Shown here piece after piece: positions 27,890 to 42,543 of a DNA stretch of 64,000 bases. Position 1 is the first letter of the stretch, and each line of letters begins with the position of its first letter. The stretch covers positions 112,964,001 to 113,028,000 of the forward strand of contig OX597822.1 in assembly GCA_951406725.2 (NCBI GenBank), in the 5' to 3' direction. Below the pieces are notes generated by a model, which was not told the DNA's origin, made no database searches, and worked only from the letters and a program-made list of their open reading frames with translations. A program made the translations under genes and the position numbers. Origin of the DNA: Octopus vulgaris. Its lineage: Eukaryota.

Positions 27890-28935
27890 GTAGCAACAGG
27901 GACTCTACAATGCAACAGGGGCTCTGCAGTGCAAGAGCAAAACATTCATTTTCGGCGTACTTTAGTCATCTAGGAAACTTGCTCAACGATGTTTGAAGAG
28001 GAACACAGCTCATCATCATTATATCTTTTTAACTTCTATCAAAGATTTTATTTTGACAAGGTTAATGAAATGAGACAGTGTGATGAGCGTGCCTTTCTCA
28101 GGCATCGTAGTTCTACATCACGAGGCTAATTATAAAAAAAACATACCCACTATGTAATACCTCCTGTTTTATTTTCCATCAACGTATTGCAAACTTTATA
28201 ATACAACAATTGCATTAGATTTTATATCTACCATGAATACTATTCTCTTAATCTTTTCCAAAAGTTCTTACACCAATAGAGCAACAACATCTGAAGGAAA
28301 TGTCAAATGTAATATTTGTTACGGGATTTCTTCTTCAATGGACTTTCAATGTCGCAACACGAGTTGAAGAAGCAGGATGGTTTTAACTGGGATTAACTTG
28401 AGGTTTAACTTTTCTGGAGAAAAGCTGGCCAAGAGCAATATGCCTCAGGTAAATTGGCCAGGGCGATTTGCATTTCGTTGGAACTAGATATAATTGGTAT
28501 ATAGTAACAGCTTGCAATCAGCGCTGGAGTAACCATTAAGCAAATAAGCACATACTTAGAGCATCGAGGGAATGGTGGGGAGGGCACCACAGAAATGGTA
28601 AAAGGTTTACGGCACAAAAAGAATCACTTTTAACTTGCTAAAGTAATATTCATGAAGCCTCACCTCTACAAAGTATAGATGCAGATGTGTTGCGTAAGAT
28701 TAATTTTGCGGATCTAAAGAAAGACTTTGCAATTAAAAAATTTTGAGAAAACGTTTCAAATATAAATAAAAAGTATACAAAAATACATTATTTTCCATTT
28801 TACTGTTAATTTTCTTTCATTTTGAAAAATAAAGATTTACTGTATAGTTTATTATTATATTTTGAATTTTATATATATGGAAGAACCAGAATCCTTTGAG
28901 TGCTTAGGGCTTCAATGGGTCTTAATCCAGACCTG
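27890..28935 (+). mobile_element. Rearranged hAT transposon remnant (3' end)
   Basis: C-terminal SIDADVLRKINFADLKKDFAIKK and a terminal TCTTAATCCAGACCTG TIR-like end; left boundary uncertain. Confidence 0.5.
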
Positions 28936-29316
28936 CTTAGGACGTAATGATAGCACTATGTGTATAATGCTGTTCTTGTCGCTGTTGTCGTCGTTGTTGT
29001 TGTTGTTAAAGATGATGATGATGATGGTGGTGGTGGCAGCAGCGGTGATAAATAAATGTTAAGAAATCAAACATCAAAAGTCAATTGTCACATGGAAAAT
29101 TATTTATTTTAGCTCATGGTTTTCAGATTCAAATAGGAGAAAAGATTTTAGTAACCGTTGGTTTAAGGTTACTTGATTGTCTGATAAGAGCTATCTATGC
29201 AGAAAATTAGCGGTGTGTGTATGTGATACATAGACACATATACATTTATTGATAAATATACATCCGTATATACTTGCACATACTTATATATGTACAAGTA
29301 TATATATGCGTAATAA

Positions 29317-29347
<31 letters not shown>

Positions 29348-29360
29348 CATACATATACAT

Positions 29361-29459
<99 letters not shown>

Positions 29460-29587
29460 TTGTTATTATTTTGCAGTGTTTTTCAGTGGATTCTGAGTAA
29501 ATGTAAATTTATGTTTGTCCAAGAATATGATGTTGCTGTCTCTAGTATTTACCGAAAATAAGAGTCGCCGGTAATCAGGTTCCATCG

Positions 29588-29682
29588 CTAATTGGTTGCA
29601 GAATTCGGAAGTAAACCGAGGAATGGTCGCCGCCGGACACCCAGACTTTCCCATTTCACCCAAGACAATCTGGCAGTCAAAT
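29588..29682 (-). CDS. Fer2: Fer2/PTF1-family bHLH transcription factor, terminal coding exon 2
   Basis: Polypyrimidine acceptor ttttttttctttttacag|AT at 29683/29682. Joined to exon 1 it reads (G|AT) DLTARLSWVKWESLGVRRRPFLGLLPNSATN*, which completes the conserved Fer2 C-terminal WNTSDLTARLSWxxW motif. Stop codon TAG at 29590-29588. Confidence 0.9.
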
Positions 29683-29947
29683 CTGTAAAAAGAAAAAAAA
29701 AGCCAAATAATAATACAGAAGAACAAAAAGATTCGTACCATATACACAGTTCCACCCATTTTTATGGTGTTTGGGAGGGTATATTTGATTATATTGATTT
29801 GGGTGTTTTTTACTAGTTGTACCATTACTAGAAATATTTTATCAAACCTAGAAATAAGAAAATCTTTTCAGAAGTAAAGAATTGAACTATGACTTTATAT
29901 CATTTAGTTCGCTGCTCTAACTTAAATTTATTGTTTAGTTAATATTA

Positions 29948-30182
29948 ATTTCTTATTTCTTTACTACCCACAAGGGGCTAAACATACAGGGGACAAACAA
30001 GTACAGACAAACGGATTAAGTCGATTACATCGACCCCAGTGCCTAACTGTTACTCATTTAATCGACCCCGAAAGGATGAAGGGCAAAGTCGACCTCGACG
30101 GAATTTGAACTCAGAACGTAACGGCAGACGAAATACCGCTCAGCATTTCGCCCGCCGTGCTAACGTTTCTGCCAGCTCGCCG
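29948..30182 (-). mobile_element. SINE family C, full length
   Basis: Homologous to 24665-24928. Confidence 0.88.
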
Positions 30183-30215
30183 TCTATGTTAATATTCATT
30201 GCAACGAGGCTAGAT

Positions 30216-30465
30216 CAATGATTCTCAATCGGGAACAATATGGCCCTTAGGGGGTCTATATCAGACTTTGTGTTCAAATTTATCTGCAATAAACTTATAA
30301 TTCTACAATTCGCAAAAATATTTCAATAATTTTTTATTTTATTCCTAATATTTAATCATAAAAATATAATATGACTTTTTAGACATTGAATAGCTAGTGG
30401 GTCCCATCCGAGTAAAATATGAATCAATGGGGTTCATAGGTAACAAAAATGATCGAGAAACACTG
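30216..30465. mobile_element. hAT (Charlie-type) MITE
   Basis: TIRs CAATGATTCTCAA / TCGAGAAACACTG; degenerate 8-bp TAG-centred TSD. Confidence 0.6.
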
Positions 30466-30689
30466 GATTAGTTCGACATTTTTTTCTTTTATTGAAAGTC
30501 AAGCTCTGTTGAAAATAGAACTAAGGCCGTAAAAAGACACTGCTGCTCTAGGGCTTCAGTTATTCAATGCCCAAATATTAATAATTCTTTCTACAATAGG
30601 CACAAGGCCTGAAATTTGTCCATCTAAAGCCGGCCTTCCACGGTGAAATATAGAAGCTCGTTACAATGGTGACTTACTCATTACTACTT

Positions 30690-31330
30690 ATCTGTTGTTC
30701 TTCTCATAATTATTTCATTCATCTTTACATTCATCTGCTTCATGGCAATATTTCTGTTTATCCTCTTATAATATTTTATATTTTTCCAGGTTTTATAAGT
30801 GTCCAGGAGAACACGTGGATACCATAAGAATGAAACAAGAACGAAAAACAAGAACGATAGTGATGTGGTCCTCCTGACGCAGGAGGGCCTCTAGAGATAA
30901 TCGAGTAACCCCACCGTCCAAGATGTCCCTGAATACCAAAGGCAAGTGCCTTCTCCAATTTCTCTTCTCCAAATCACGGGTTTACACGTAGAGCTGTACC
31001 ATCCACTCTTACTATTTTGGCAACCCTCACCTACCTTTCAATAAATTCACTCGATGACAGCACTTCTCCAACCACCCTCATTTTCCTTCTGAAGTTTCAC
31101 TTGAAGAAGTCGATGAGGGCTCAACCAAAGAGGGATGTCTCTGTTTTCAGACTTTCCAGCCTCTCCCACCAGACAACCTCTTTCTCCACGGCCACATGGC
31201 AGGGGAAAATTGTCTAATTTTCCCAATTAAAGGAAAGCGGTGGGGCAATCGTTACGATGGACTTAACCTCAGAAGCCATATGAGACGTCATCAACGATGG
31301 GAAGACCGAGCATAAGATGTTTCTTATAAT
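30690..31330 (-). mobile_element. L1/Tx1-like LINE 3' fragment
   Basis: Minus frame VAVEKEVVWWERLESLKT...FFK*NFRRKMRV..EVLSSSEFIER* resembles a Tx1-type ORF2 C-terminus and is followed by an A-rich tail. Confidence 0.55.
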
Positions 31331-31741
31331 GAATGATCACGTGTCGACTTCTTAGTAGTATTAGTGGTTATGACATACAAAGCAAATGTAGGCAAAGTCA
31401 TAGGAGGCATAGGTTTATGTAATTTGTGGCCTCGGTGCGTTTCACCGATTTGGTTGTTTAGAACGACAGCACTGGTTTCTTAACCAAAAGAAACAGTAAG
31501 GGAACACTTTTCATCTCTTCAACATAAAGCAATAAAGTGTCCCCCCTCTGATGATCCGTTGTGTTAAGTGTCCAGTCGTACTGGAACGGCTCACGCCGTC
31601 GTTCCACAACGGCTGAAAATGAATGGCGAAGAAATAATGTAAATTTATGTTTATCATAATTTTTCTTAAATATTGTATATATATCTATCTATCTATCTAC
31701 CCATCTATCTATATATCTATATTCACACTCACATGCGCGCG

Positions 31742-32462
<721 letters not shown>

Positions 32463-32566
32463 ACTAGCCCGGATTTGTGTGTGTGTGCGTGTACATATAT
32501 ACATGTAGATAGATAGATAGACAGATAGATATATAGATAGATAGATAGATAGATAGATAGACAGAC

Positions 32567-32640
<74 letters not shown>

Positions 32641-32829
32641 GGAGAGTTTACGAAAAAAACAAAAGAAGAAGACAGGTGGTGTACAAAACAAACAGATGTA
32701 TTAATATAACTCTCAGGAATAGAAAAAGTCTTTTATGTTTCGAGCCTACTCTCTTCTACAGAAAGGGACACAGAAAAAACAAGGAGAGAAAAAAAAATGT
32801 GTGTAGTGGCTAACGATCTATCATGGCGA
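32641..32829 (-). mobile_element. Family H1 hammerhead element within a (GATA)n tract (motif at 32729-32765)
   Basis: CTTT-CTGTAGA-A-GAGA-GTAG-GCTC-GAAA-CA-TA-AAAG; homologous to 38372-38590. Confidence 0.75.
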
Positions 32830-32834
32830 TAGAT

Positions 32835-33048
<214 letters not shown>

Positions 33049-33055
33049 ATAGATT

Positions 33056-33133
<78 letters not shown>

Positions 33134-33350
33134 CACACACACAAACACACACATGTCTATACGCATATAGACATTATGCATATATATATATATATTCTCA
33201 TTCATTTACTCATTTACTTGTTTCAGTCATTTGACTGTGGCCATGCTGGAGCACCGCCTTTAGTCGAGGAAATCGACCCCAGGACTTATTCTTTGTAAGC
33301 CTAGTACTTATTCTATCGGTCTCTTTTGCCGAACTGCCAAGTTACAGGGG

Positions 33351-33465
<115 letters not shown>

Positions 33466-34839
33466 TAATGTCTATATGCGTATAGACATGTGTGTGTTTG
33501 TGTGTGTGTATTATAAACACACGCTAATAGGTATTCCCACAAAAACAAAATGATATATATTTAAACTGAATACCTTTAATAATGCTAGATGTATATTTAT
33601 TTATAAGAGTGTAACACATCTTAATAATAAGAAGTTCTAATTTATTGTTGAGCCACCCCTTTAAAAAAAGACGTGATTGGCGGAAGAAGTAGGCGATTCT
33701 TCAGTCTTTGTGGTTTACCGCAAATAAATATGTCAAAGAGATTTTTATCGCGTGGCTTCTGAAGAAAACACGTGCACATGTTGGCAGCATTACGGCACTA
33801 ATTGGTTTGCATCACTGAACATAATGGTGATGGTAATGAGTCAACTACAACTAGATCCTTCCGCTATCTAATAAAAAATAATTACGTCCAACAATACGGT
33901 AATAGGAAAATCAAAGAAATATTTTGTTTTTATGAAGAGAACACTGAAAGTTATAAAGTGAATCACGGAACAGGAGTGAACTGAGCGTGCACCGTTACAC
34001 AAATGTCTGCTAAATACGACGTGTTTATTTCTTTTTATTTTAATTTCTTTTAGTATTGCCTGCGGTCCAACCGCCATGAAGCCAGTGAGTTGTAGATAAG
34101 TGAGTTGTGAGAAATATGTATGAAAGGCACGAAATATGTTAAAGAAAGGAAATGAATGCTTTAATACAATAACAACCATCAAATAATTCATGTGGTAAAC
34201 TTTAATTTCAATTTTCCTTCCTCTTATTTCCTTATTGATCGTGATTCAGAGTAAGATGTGTTATCTTCTCGACAACAATGACAAGTTAAATCTCTATGAC
34301 AAGATGGATTTATCAAGGAAACAACATCAAGTACTATTTCGTTACAAAGGAAGCTGAACATGGCATTATGTTTTATTGTGTGGTTTGTTCAATCTGCAAT
34401 ATTTTCAGTCAGTTACTGTATACTGAGTTTGTCAGCTTTTGTTAAACAACCTATAGTTGTGTGACGTAATCTAGAATTAAACTCACTTTCTTTATTTTGG
34501 CATTCAGGCCACTAACACAGAGGGGACACTCCAAGGACAGACACAATACCACAGTGGGGACAATAAACATAAAACGAATGAGTATGAATATTATATAATA
34601 ATGAAAGATGAAATGGCTGCATGGGCCCCACTCCTCATGCGGTACCATTTAAACGTTTGTACACACAGTCTTGTCACTCTATCTGTTATTTTTATTTCTT
34701 TCCCTAATTTTTCTCTTTCCTTAATTAAACTCACTGTCACAATGATAACCTGAGACACGATTCAGTAATGAATGAGAAATAAAATGCCTACTGTTAAAAG
34801 TCACAGTTGGCTGGTCTAAAATACATATTACTTGGACTC

Positions 34840-36665
34840 TGTAGCTGGTCGGAGCTCCCATAGATTTATGCTGATTATCCCTAGCAACCACGACCCATCA
34901 GAAACAACTTCATCAATAACTGAAGATATCCTTTTGCGTATGTTACTTCCTCCCCACCCCAAAAAAACCTTCAGTCCCCAAAATGGAGTCACACTGCAAA
35001 ATAAACAAAATATAGTGTCTGGAGAAAGTTATCCAATCCCCCAAATTTACCCAACAACGTAACCCTTACAAGTCCTCTGAACCATAGCTGAAGGTTTCAT
35101 ACTTGGCACAGCCCTAAAGCTATCACGCTGCCCAAACAACAGCAAATCCTTCTGGTCAGTTGCCAAAAATGACCTCCACCAACTCTGGAGAGTCTTCTTT
35201 TCCTTCACTTCTCAACAACGATTGTTCTGTCTGCAAATAAGCCTCAACCTTCACTGCCCCCTCTGCATTCAACTTCACACTACATGCACTTGGCAATTCT
35301 CAAAATAAATCTTCTTCCATCTCCTCATCATGTTCCCCCATATCGCATCCACACAAGACCAGTGCGGAAATACCTTCGTTTGTTTTTAACGGGCGCACCA
35401 GCCTAGACAATGACCTTTCTCAAACATTGACCCCCAGAATGTGCTCTTTTACTCACCGAATTCTTCAATCCTCACCCCCTAAATGAACATACCCTGATCT
35501 ATGGAAACATCGTACCGTGAGTCCCATTCTCAAGAAATACTGACGTCCAACAAGTGGAGCGACAGTGAGGGCCCCAAGTGAGTGCTGTTCCTATTCGAAG
35601 TGTGAGTGAAAATGCAAAGATATTTTCTTCATATATTTTAGATTTTATGTTGCTGAAAGAAGTAAGATTGACATGGATGCAGTAGAGGATGTTCTATCGC
35701 AGCTATTGCACTCATTCGAAATATCTCATACGAGAGAGACATTAACAACGATCTCACCCAACATTTCTCATTCCCTCACTCTCTTTATCTCTACCCTCTC
35801 TTTCTCTCTCTGTCTTTCTCTCTGTCTCTCTCACTCTCGCTCTCTCTTTAATGACCACCAGTACCACTTGCATAAAGCCACATTCACTGGACACCTACTC
35901 TCCTTCGTCACCTACCAGTGGGTTCTGTTGTAGAGATACAATGAAAACAATAATGTATCGCTCGGCATTAGCAAAGCATTAAACCGTATCTAGCGTCTAA
36001 TCTCCTATCGAAACTTCCTGCCAATGAGCTCTGTCCCTCTCTAATCTTGTGGATCAAGAAGTTCTCATCAGATCTTACTCTCGTAGTGTGTGCCCGATAC
36101 TATCAACTTCGGAATGCCGAGGGTTTCGGTTCTGTCTACCCCCTCACACTGACGAAGATGGTGCGATCCTTCATTCCATCGTAACCTTCCCAAACCATGA
36201 TAACCAGACACCACACGCTAAACTTACACTGGTTCTATAGACAGAAACTTTAAGGTCATACTCTACTGGGGCCATGCGAATCTTGTTTCTTTCAACAGCA
36301 AAACACCCAGGCTCATAAAAAAATAACTCCACATCCTCCATCACTTTAAACATCACAATTACTCATTTAGAACCCACACGGTCGCTCCATACGTAAGCTA
36401 TCATTATCATCAAAGGGTCTGTTCTGATGAAAAGGTATTGTTAACATAGCTATGGCTACATCTCAAATATTGTACCTTCTCTTTCAGCACAGAATTCCCT
36501 AATTATTACTGATAATCTAAAAACCTCAAGCGAGGCCCACAATGAGGCATTGTTCTCATATCTGAAATAATAGTGTAACGGTTACACCATTATTATACCA
36601 GACAGATGCCCCAGACTAGAATCAGAAAAAGACCTCTTGATCGATTGGCATTATATCAATCATGA
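34840..36665 (+). mobile_element. Old, heavily decayed Jockey/CR1-group LINE RT region
   Basis: Remnants resembling WK.A.V.PI.KK, L.D.QYGF, ALDISKAFD (VSLGISKALN) and G.PQGSVL (GMPRVSVL), in the expected order. Confidence 0.55.
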
Positions 36666-36881
36666 GCATGCTCCCGCATCCGGCCCGCAGGCATGACGTT
36701 CTCCCTCTCCCTCTCACACACACACATACACACACACATGCACACACACACACACACTAACGCGCGCACATATATATATATTCACATATACATACATAAA
36801 TATATTGTCTGTATTTATATTTATATATATAAATATATAATATATATATATATATACACATATATATATATATATATATGT

Positions 36882-36925
<44 letters not shown>

Positions 36926-37678
36926 AAGAGAGAGAGGGGAAGGGAGAGAGAAAGGCAGTAGGGGTATACAAAGTTAAGACATGGAAGGACTTTGAAGTTA
37001 AGCTGGAATCAATCTTTAGATCAGCAAATAAACTTTTATGGCAGACCATCTGCTGACTTCGTAATAAGAAATCCCTCTCCACGCCTGCTATCAGGAACTC
37101 GTCTGGAGTTCTCTCTGAAGAGAGGTGCATCCTTGCGTGGTGGGGAGAATACTTTGCTGATCTCTCAAACCCAGCCACAACCGAGGTTACAAGAACAATT
37201 AAAGAGCTCAAATGTGGCAAGACCTCTGGAAAGGATGAAATTCAGCCCGAGATGTTCAAGTCATTAAATAGCGACGATATTCTCTGCCTGATGTGTGTGT
37301 ACAAATTGGCCTGGATCCTTGGGAGGGTACCTGAGCAGTGGCAATCAGGAAGTGATAATCCCAATTTTCAAAAAGGGGGGAAAAGAAGAATTACTCGAAT
37401 TATAGAGGAATTTCCCCATTGAGCCTCCTCGGTAAAGTCTATGCTGGGCGTTTAGCAAAGAGATGTAGGGATATTGTAAATTCCAAGGTAGCTGACAAAC
37501 ACTGTGGTTTTTTCCCCGGTCGCATCACAACCGACTAAATAATGGTACTGCAACAGTTCTTCGGGAAACTGTGGGAATACGGTCAAGAGGTGTATATGCT
37601 AATTTCATAGAACTCAAAAAGCATCCGAAAAGTATATGGAGGAAGTTCTGCAGGAATATGGGATCGGAGGACAGCTTC

Positions 37679-37820
37679 GTATTTCTTTACTGCCCTCGAG
37701 GGCTAAACATAGAGGGGACAAACAAGGACAGGCAAATGGATTAAGTCGATTACACCGACCCCAGTGCGTAACTGGTACTTAATTTATCGACCCTGAAAGG
37801 ATGAAAGGCAAAGTCGACTT
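37679..37820 (-). mobile_element. 5'-truncated SINE family C inserted in the RTE element
   Basis: 10-bp TSD GGACAGCTTC (37669-37678 / 37821-37830). Confidence 0.88.
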
Positions 37821-38371
37821 GGACAGCTTCTTGTTGCCTTAAAGTCCCTCTACAAATGCCCTAATATTTGTGTTCGGATAAAAGGGGCTAAGTCGAAGCC
37901 ATTTAATATGGATGTTGGACTCCACCAAAGGTGCGTGTGTTGTCACCTCTTCTGTTCATAAGTGTCATAGACAGGACTGACATGCGCAGCCAGGTTGGAA
38001 GCGTAACGAGAGCAGCGGGCGTAGGATCAGTCGGCTGGAATTTGCAAATGGCATGGTACTGCTCGACTCGTCGGAAGGTGAACTCCAAGATGCTCTTGAT
38101 ATGTTTGATGCTGAGTGCTGCTCGGCAGGAATGAAAATCAGTGTTGCGAAGACTGAGACATTCGTCCTTTCAATGAAGCTTACACAGTGCATTCTACATG
38201 TGAGTGGAGTTCCGATGAAGAACGTGGAGAAGTTCGAGTGTCTCGGTTGTTTTCTTGAGTGATTGAAGGTGACAGACTGAGTTAAATGCAAGAATTGCTG
38301 GAGCTGATGTATTAATGCATTCAGTCATCACAAGAAGGGAAGTAGGTGCAGAAACCAAACTAGTAACCTTC

Positions 38372-38590
38372 TGTCCGAGTCAGTCGCCATGATAGATCGT
38401 TAGCCACTACACACATTTTTTTCCTCCTTGTTTCTCTCCTTGTTTTTTTGTCTGTGTCCCTTTCTGTAGAAGAGCGTATGCTCGAAACGTAAAAGACTTT
38501 TTCTATTCCTGAGCGTTATACTAATACATCTGTTTGTTTTGTACACCACCTGTCTTCGTCTTTTGTTTTGTTTTTTTTCGTAAACTCTCC
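38372..38590 (+). mobile_element. Family H1 hammerhead element inserted in the RTE element with a TSD (motif at 38460-38495)
   Basis: CTTT-CTGTAGA-A-GAGC-GTAT-GCTC-GAAA-CG-TA-AAAG; flanks CTAGTAACCTTC (38360-38371) / CTAGTAATCTTC (38591-38602). Confidence 0.8.
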
Positions 38591-41440
38591 CTAGTAATCT
38601 TCAGTAAGTTCAGTGTTCGTGTCTATCCATAACTATGGTCATGAATCTGGGTAGTGACCGCAAAAATACGATCGTGAATACAAGCAACCGAGATGGGATG
38701 CCTCCGAAGAATCTTTGGGGTAACGTTACTCGATAGAGTGCAAGGCTCGGAGACCAGAGAGACGCTGCACTTAGAGCCACTACGTTTTCAAACTGAGAGA
38801 TCACGGCTCCCATACTATGGACATGTGGTAAAAATAATATCTCGGGAAAGAATCATCGGAAAGGTTTTGCGGACAAAAACCAACCGACAGGAGACCCAGG
38901 GGCAGACTGCAAATACGATGGCATGATAACATCCATGAGTTTAGTTGGTCTCGCTTGAGTATACAGCCTGATCAATTGGAGACGGTAGCTTCTAACAGAA
39001 CCCGATGGAAGTTATGCTTGAGGACTTTGCCCCCAAAACTCTCTGATGAATGAGCGGGCAAAGAAGATAATATTAAGATGAAAATATATCACTACAAACA
39101 CACACTCACACACAAATACACACACATCGAAAAACAATATTTGTGTGTGTGTATGTAAATACATACCTGTGTGTGTGTGTGTGTGTATGTGTGTGTGTGT
39201 GTGTGTGTGAATATACATGACTATTTTTGTATGCATATAATGCTCATACCCTAGCGATATGAGAGATTACTAGACGTGAACGCTTTATTACGCGATTAAA
39301 ACACGTCCATAATTATATTATGCAAATCCAAACTATGTTCAAAACATTTTCCTGTTATTATATCTAGACTAATTAGTGAGGCTAAATTTAACTTTACCTT
39401 GATGAATACTGAAGCTCAATTTTATTTTATGGTTTAAACATTGATGTTATGTAGAACATAGATGCTTATTATTCACTAAATATCATTCTAATAACGTGTT
39501 CGTGTTATTTAGCTATTTGAATTGTGTAATAGTTGTTTACCTAACTACATACAGTTATTTTATAATATTTTTGTAAGTTTTATGTAATTTTATTGTTATT
39601 AATCACAAAGATATTTTCAGAAATTATATGCGTTTCTAGATATTTACTCATTCAGCTTTGTTAACTTTACATTTACCAAATCTGATTAAGTTAACCTTTT
39701 TCATATATTTTGCTCAGTCAAAAAAATGTTCTTAATATCAATAATAATTTAGAAATAAAATAAAAGAAAAAGGAAACAAATAAAAACAATAGTTATTGTT
39801 TTGGAAATTCGTCAAAAATTCAGATTATAGAAAGCTGAGCAAAATCTTGTTGAGGGCTTTGACACTTGCGAGAAACCCACTCCGTCTCTAATAGAAATTT
39901 AATTCCAATTAAAGTTTTACAATGGGATTTCAAAAGACTGCATCAATGTCGCTTTTTAGATGAGTGACAGCACATCACGCCTTATTACTCAAGAAGCTCT
40001 ATTCTTTCCATCAAATGCAACGTGTTATGGGAGGATCCTTTATCGGATCTCAAGCGCTTATCATCGCTTTAAACAATTAATTTGCTTTTTAATTTTATTT
40101 TTTGGTGCTGTGATTTATGTCACATAATGCAAATCTTTGTTTGAAGCATTTTTATCGAAGCTAACGCCTGCAAAGACAGAAGGAAGATCAAGAGGTGCCC
40201 CCTCGCAGACAATTCTGCTCTCCCTTCAGTTGTTTCGGCAGAAACCCCTTGGGGTTTAAAAGATGAAACGAATAAACATACTTAACTTTTGTTTCAGTAT
40301 TTTTATTGAACAAAATTGGCTTATGTTTGTGTGCGGGGGGCGACGAAGACTTAAATCTAAACGTGTGTTCTGTTAGTTGAGTAGAAAACAGAAGGGAGAA
40401 TGATTCTGCTTTTCAAAGATGAAAGGGACCAGATTAATTTATTTGAGATATTTATAAACTACACTATTTTAATATTCGAACAGGGTTCTTGTTATGCAAC
40501 TTCTATTTTATGGATTCTTTTGCTATGAATCGAAGCTTTACTAGAGGTAATTTCTTGTTCAAACAAAAACATGAAGTTTCAGAATAAACATATAACTAAT
40601 CTTTTATGCTAATCCTCACTTTTATGCTAATCAGGACCGAATGAAATAAAGAATTGCATCAAATATATTATGTATGAATTTTATATAACACGAAGAGTAT
40701 TTAATTTTGGAATTAATGTGCAATCATTTAAGCTGAAAAAAATATTCTTTACCCTTTTCCTAAATAATCGTTTTAAAGTTTCAATGTAGGTGCCAACTGT
40801 CTTAGAAACTAAATATTAGCTGAAATATTCTTAGTCGGCAGGAGAAGAGTAATAAAAGTGTGAAATGTGTAGTTCTCAACTCCGGGAATAAAAGAACTAA
40901 TTTATCCGTGAGTTAATCAACCAAACTTATCTCCAATATACAAATAGTGTACAAACCAAGTTGTTTTCGGATCAACAGTTTATATACAATAATTCTTGGT
41001 AAATCAGCAAAGCAGAACTCAACCAGTTATTAACCGATTACAGCAGATATTTTTATTTTTATTTTCAGATAGAAATAGTAAAATGTTAGTTGAGATATCA
41101 AAAAGATCTCAATAATCTATCACTTTTAATATTATATTAAAAAATATTTCAGCCTTGTGTTTTTTTAGAGATCAGACTCAAAACCTTGGTTTTGTGCGCG
41201 TATTTAACAGACCGTATTAAATTTTTCGTCATTATATTGTTATATAACACAAAAAAATTTGTCAAGATTAGATATTTTTCTTAATGTACAGAAATACTTT
41301 AATAATTGTTTGACAATCAATAAATATATACAACTATATGGGTACACATATACATATACTCATATATATACATATACTCATATATATATAATACATATAC
41401 TCATATATATATACATATACTCATATATATACATATACTC

Positions 41441-41480
<40 letters not shown>

Positions 41481-41633
41481 ATAAAAGTGTATATATATAT
41501 ATATATTTATTTATTTATATATGTATATATATATATGTATGTATATATATTTTCATATATATATAGAGAGAGAGGAACATATACAAATAGATAGATAGAG
41601 AGACAGACAGACAGACAGAAAGAAAGAAAGGTG

Positions 41634-41705
<72 letters not shown>

Positions 41706-41903
41706 CACAGACAGACAGATAGAATTCAGTACAAATTTAGGTTCCTTTTTAAAATTACCTGATTAACTAAATGCTATAATTTGTAGAATATGCTCGAATA
41801 ACTGTGAGAAAAGGCAAGAAATACAAGTACAGATATATACATACGTAGTTAACTAATTAAAAAGAGTAGCTTACTAGCAATTAGAACCTAAAAGCAAAAT
41901 TAG

Positions 41904-41947
41904 TAACTCAAAAGCCACAAACTCTCTGCCTTGTGGCTTTTGAGTTA
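41904..41947. repeat. Perfect 17-bp inverted repeat with a 10-nt loop
   Basis: TAACTCAAAAGCCACAA-actctctgcc-TTGTGGCTTTTGAGTTA. Confidence 0.9.
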
Positions 41948-42086
41948 TGTTAACTCTTATCTTTAGCTAGTCAGTACTCTGTGTCACTTTTGTGACTACT
42001 ATTAATTTTACATATATATGTATACATGTATATATGTAAGCATGTATGTATGTACATATGTATGTGTGTATGCATATGTATGCATA

Positions 42087-42123
<37 letters not shown>

Positions 42124-42487
42124 TAATCCAAACGGGAAAACAGAAAAAACAACAACACGTGGAACAATTACAGTATTATTATTAATATATATATATATAG
42201 GGTAAGCAACAGATTGCTTAGCCACATACCGAAAATTTAGAAATAGCGGTCAAAAACCGCTTATTTCTATTTTCTACAAATATAACTCCACATATAACAT
42301 ATGCATGTAACTCACATATGTAAAAAGAATGGAAAATAACGAAAACGAAGTCTTCGGTCAGTTACGGACGCGTTTCTGGCTTAGAATTATAAATAACTCA
42401 TTCCCGTATGTATATACATGAGTATATGTATATATTTGCCCATATAGTTGTATATATTTATTGATTGTCACACAATTATTGAAGTAT

Positions 42488-42543
<56 letters not shown>

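Larger units (their letters stand above)
36960..39085 (+). mobile_element. RTE-clade LINE, 5'-truncated pseudogene with two nested insertions
   Basis: LKCGKTSGKDEIQPEMFK, IIPIFKKG...NYRGISPLSLLGKVYA, GLHQRCVLSPLLF, LRRIFGVTLLDRV, YYGHV. Confidence 0.88.

Noticed and set aside
29466-29825. 119-aa minus-strand ORF overlapping Fer2 exon 2
   Set aside because: Wrong frame; the conserved peptide is in another frame entered by splicing.
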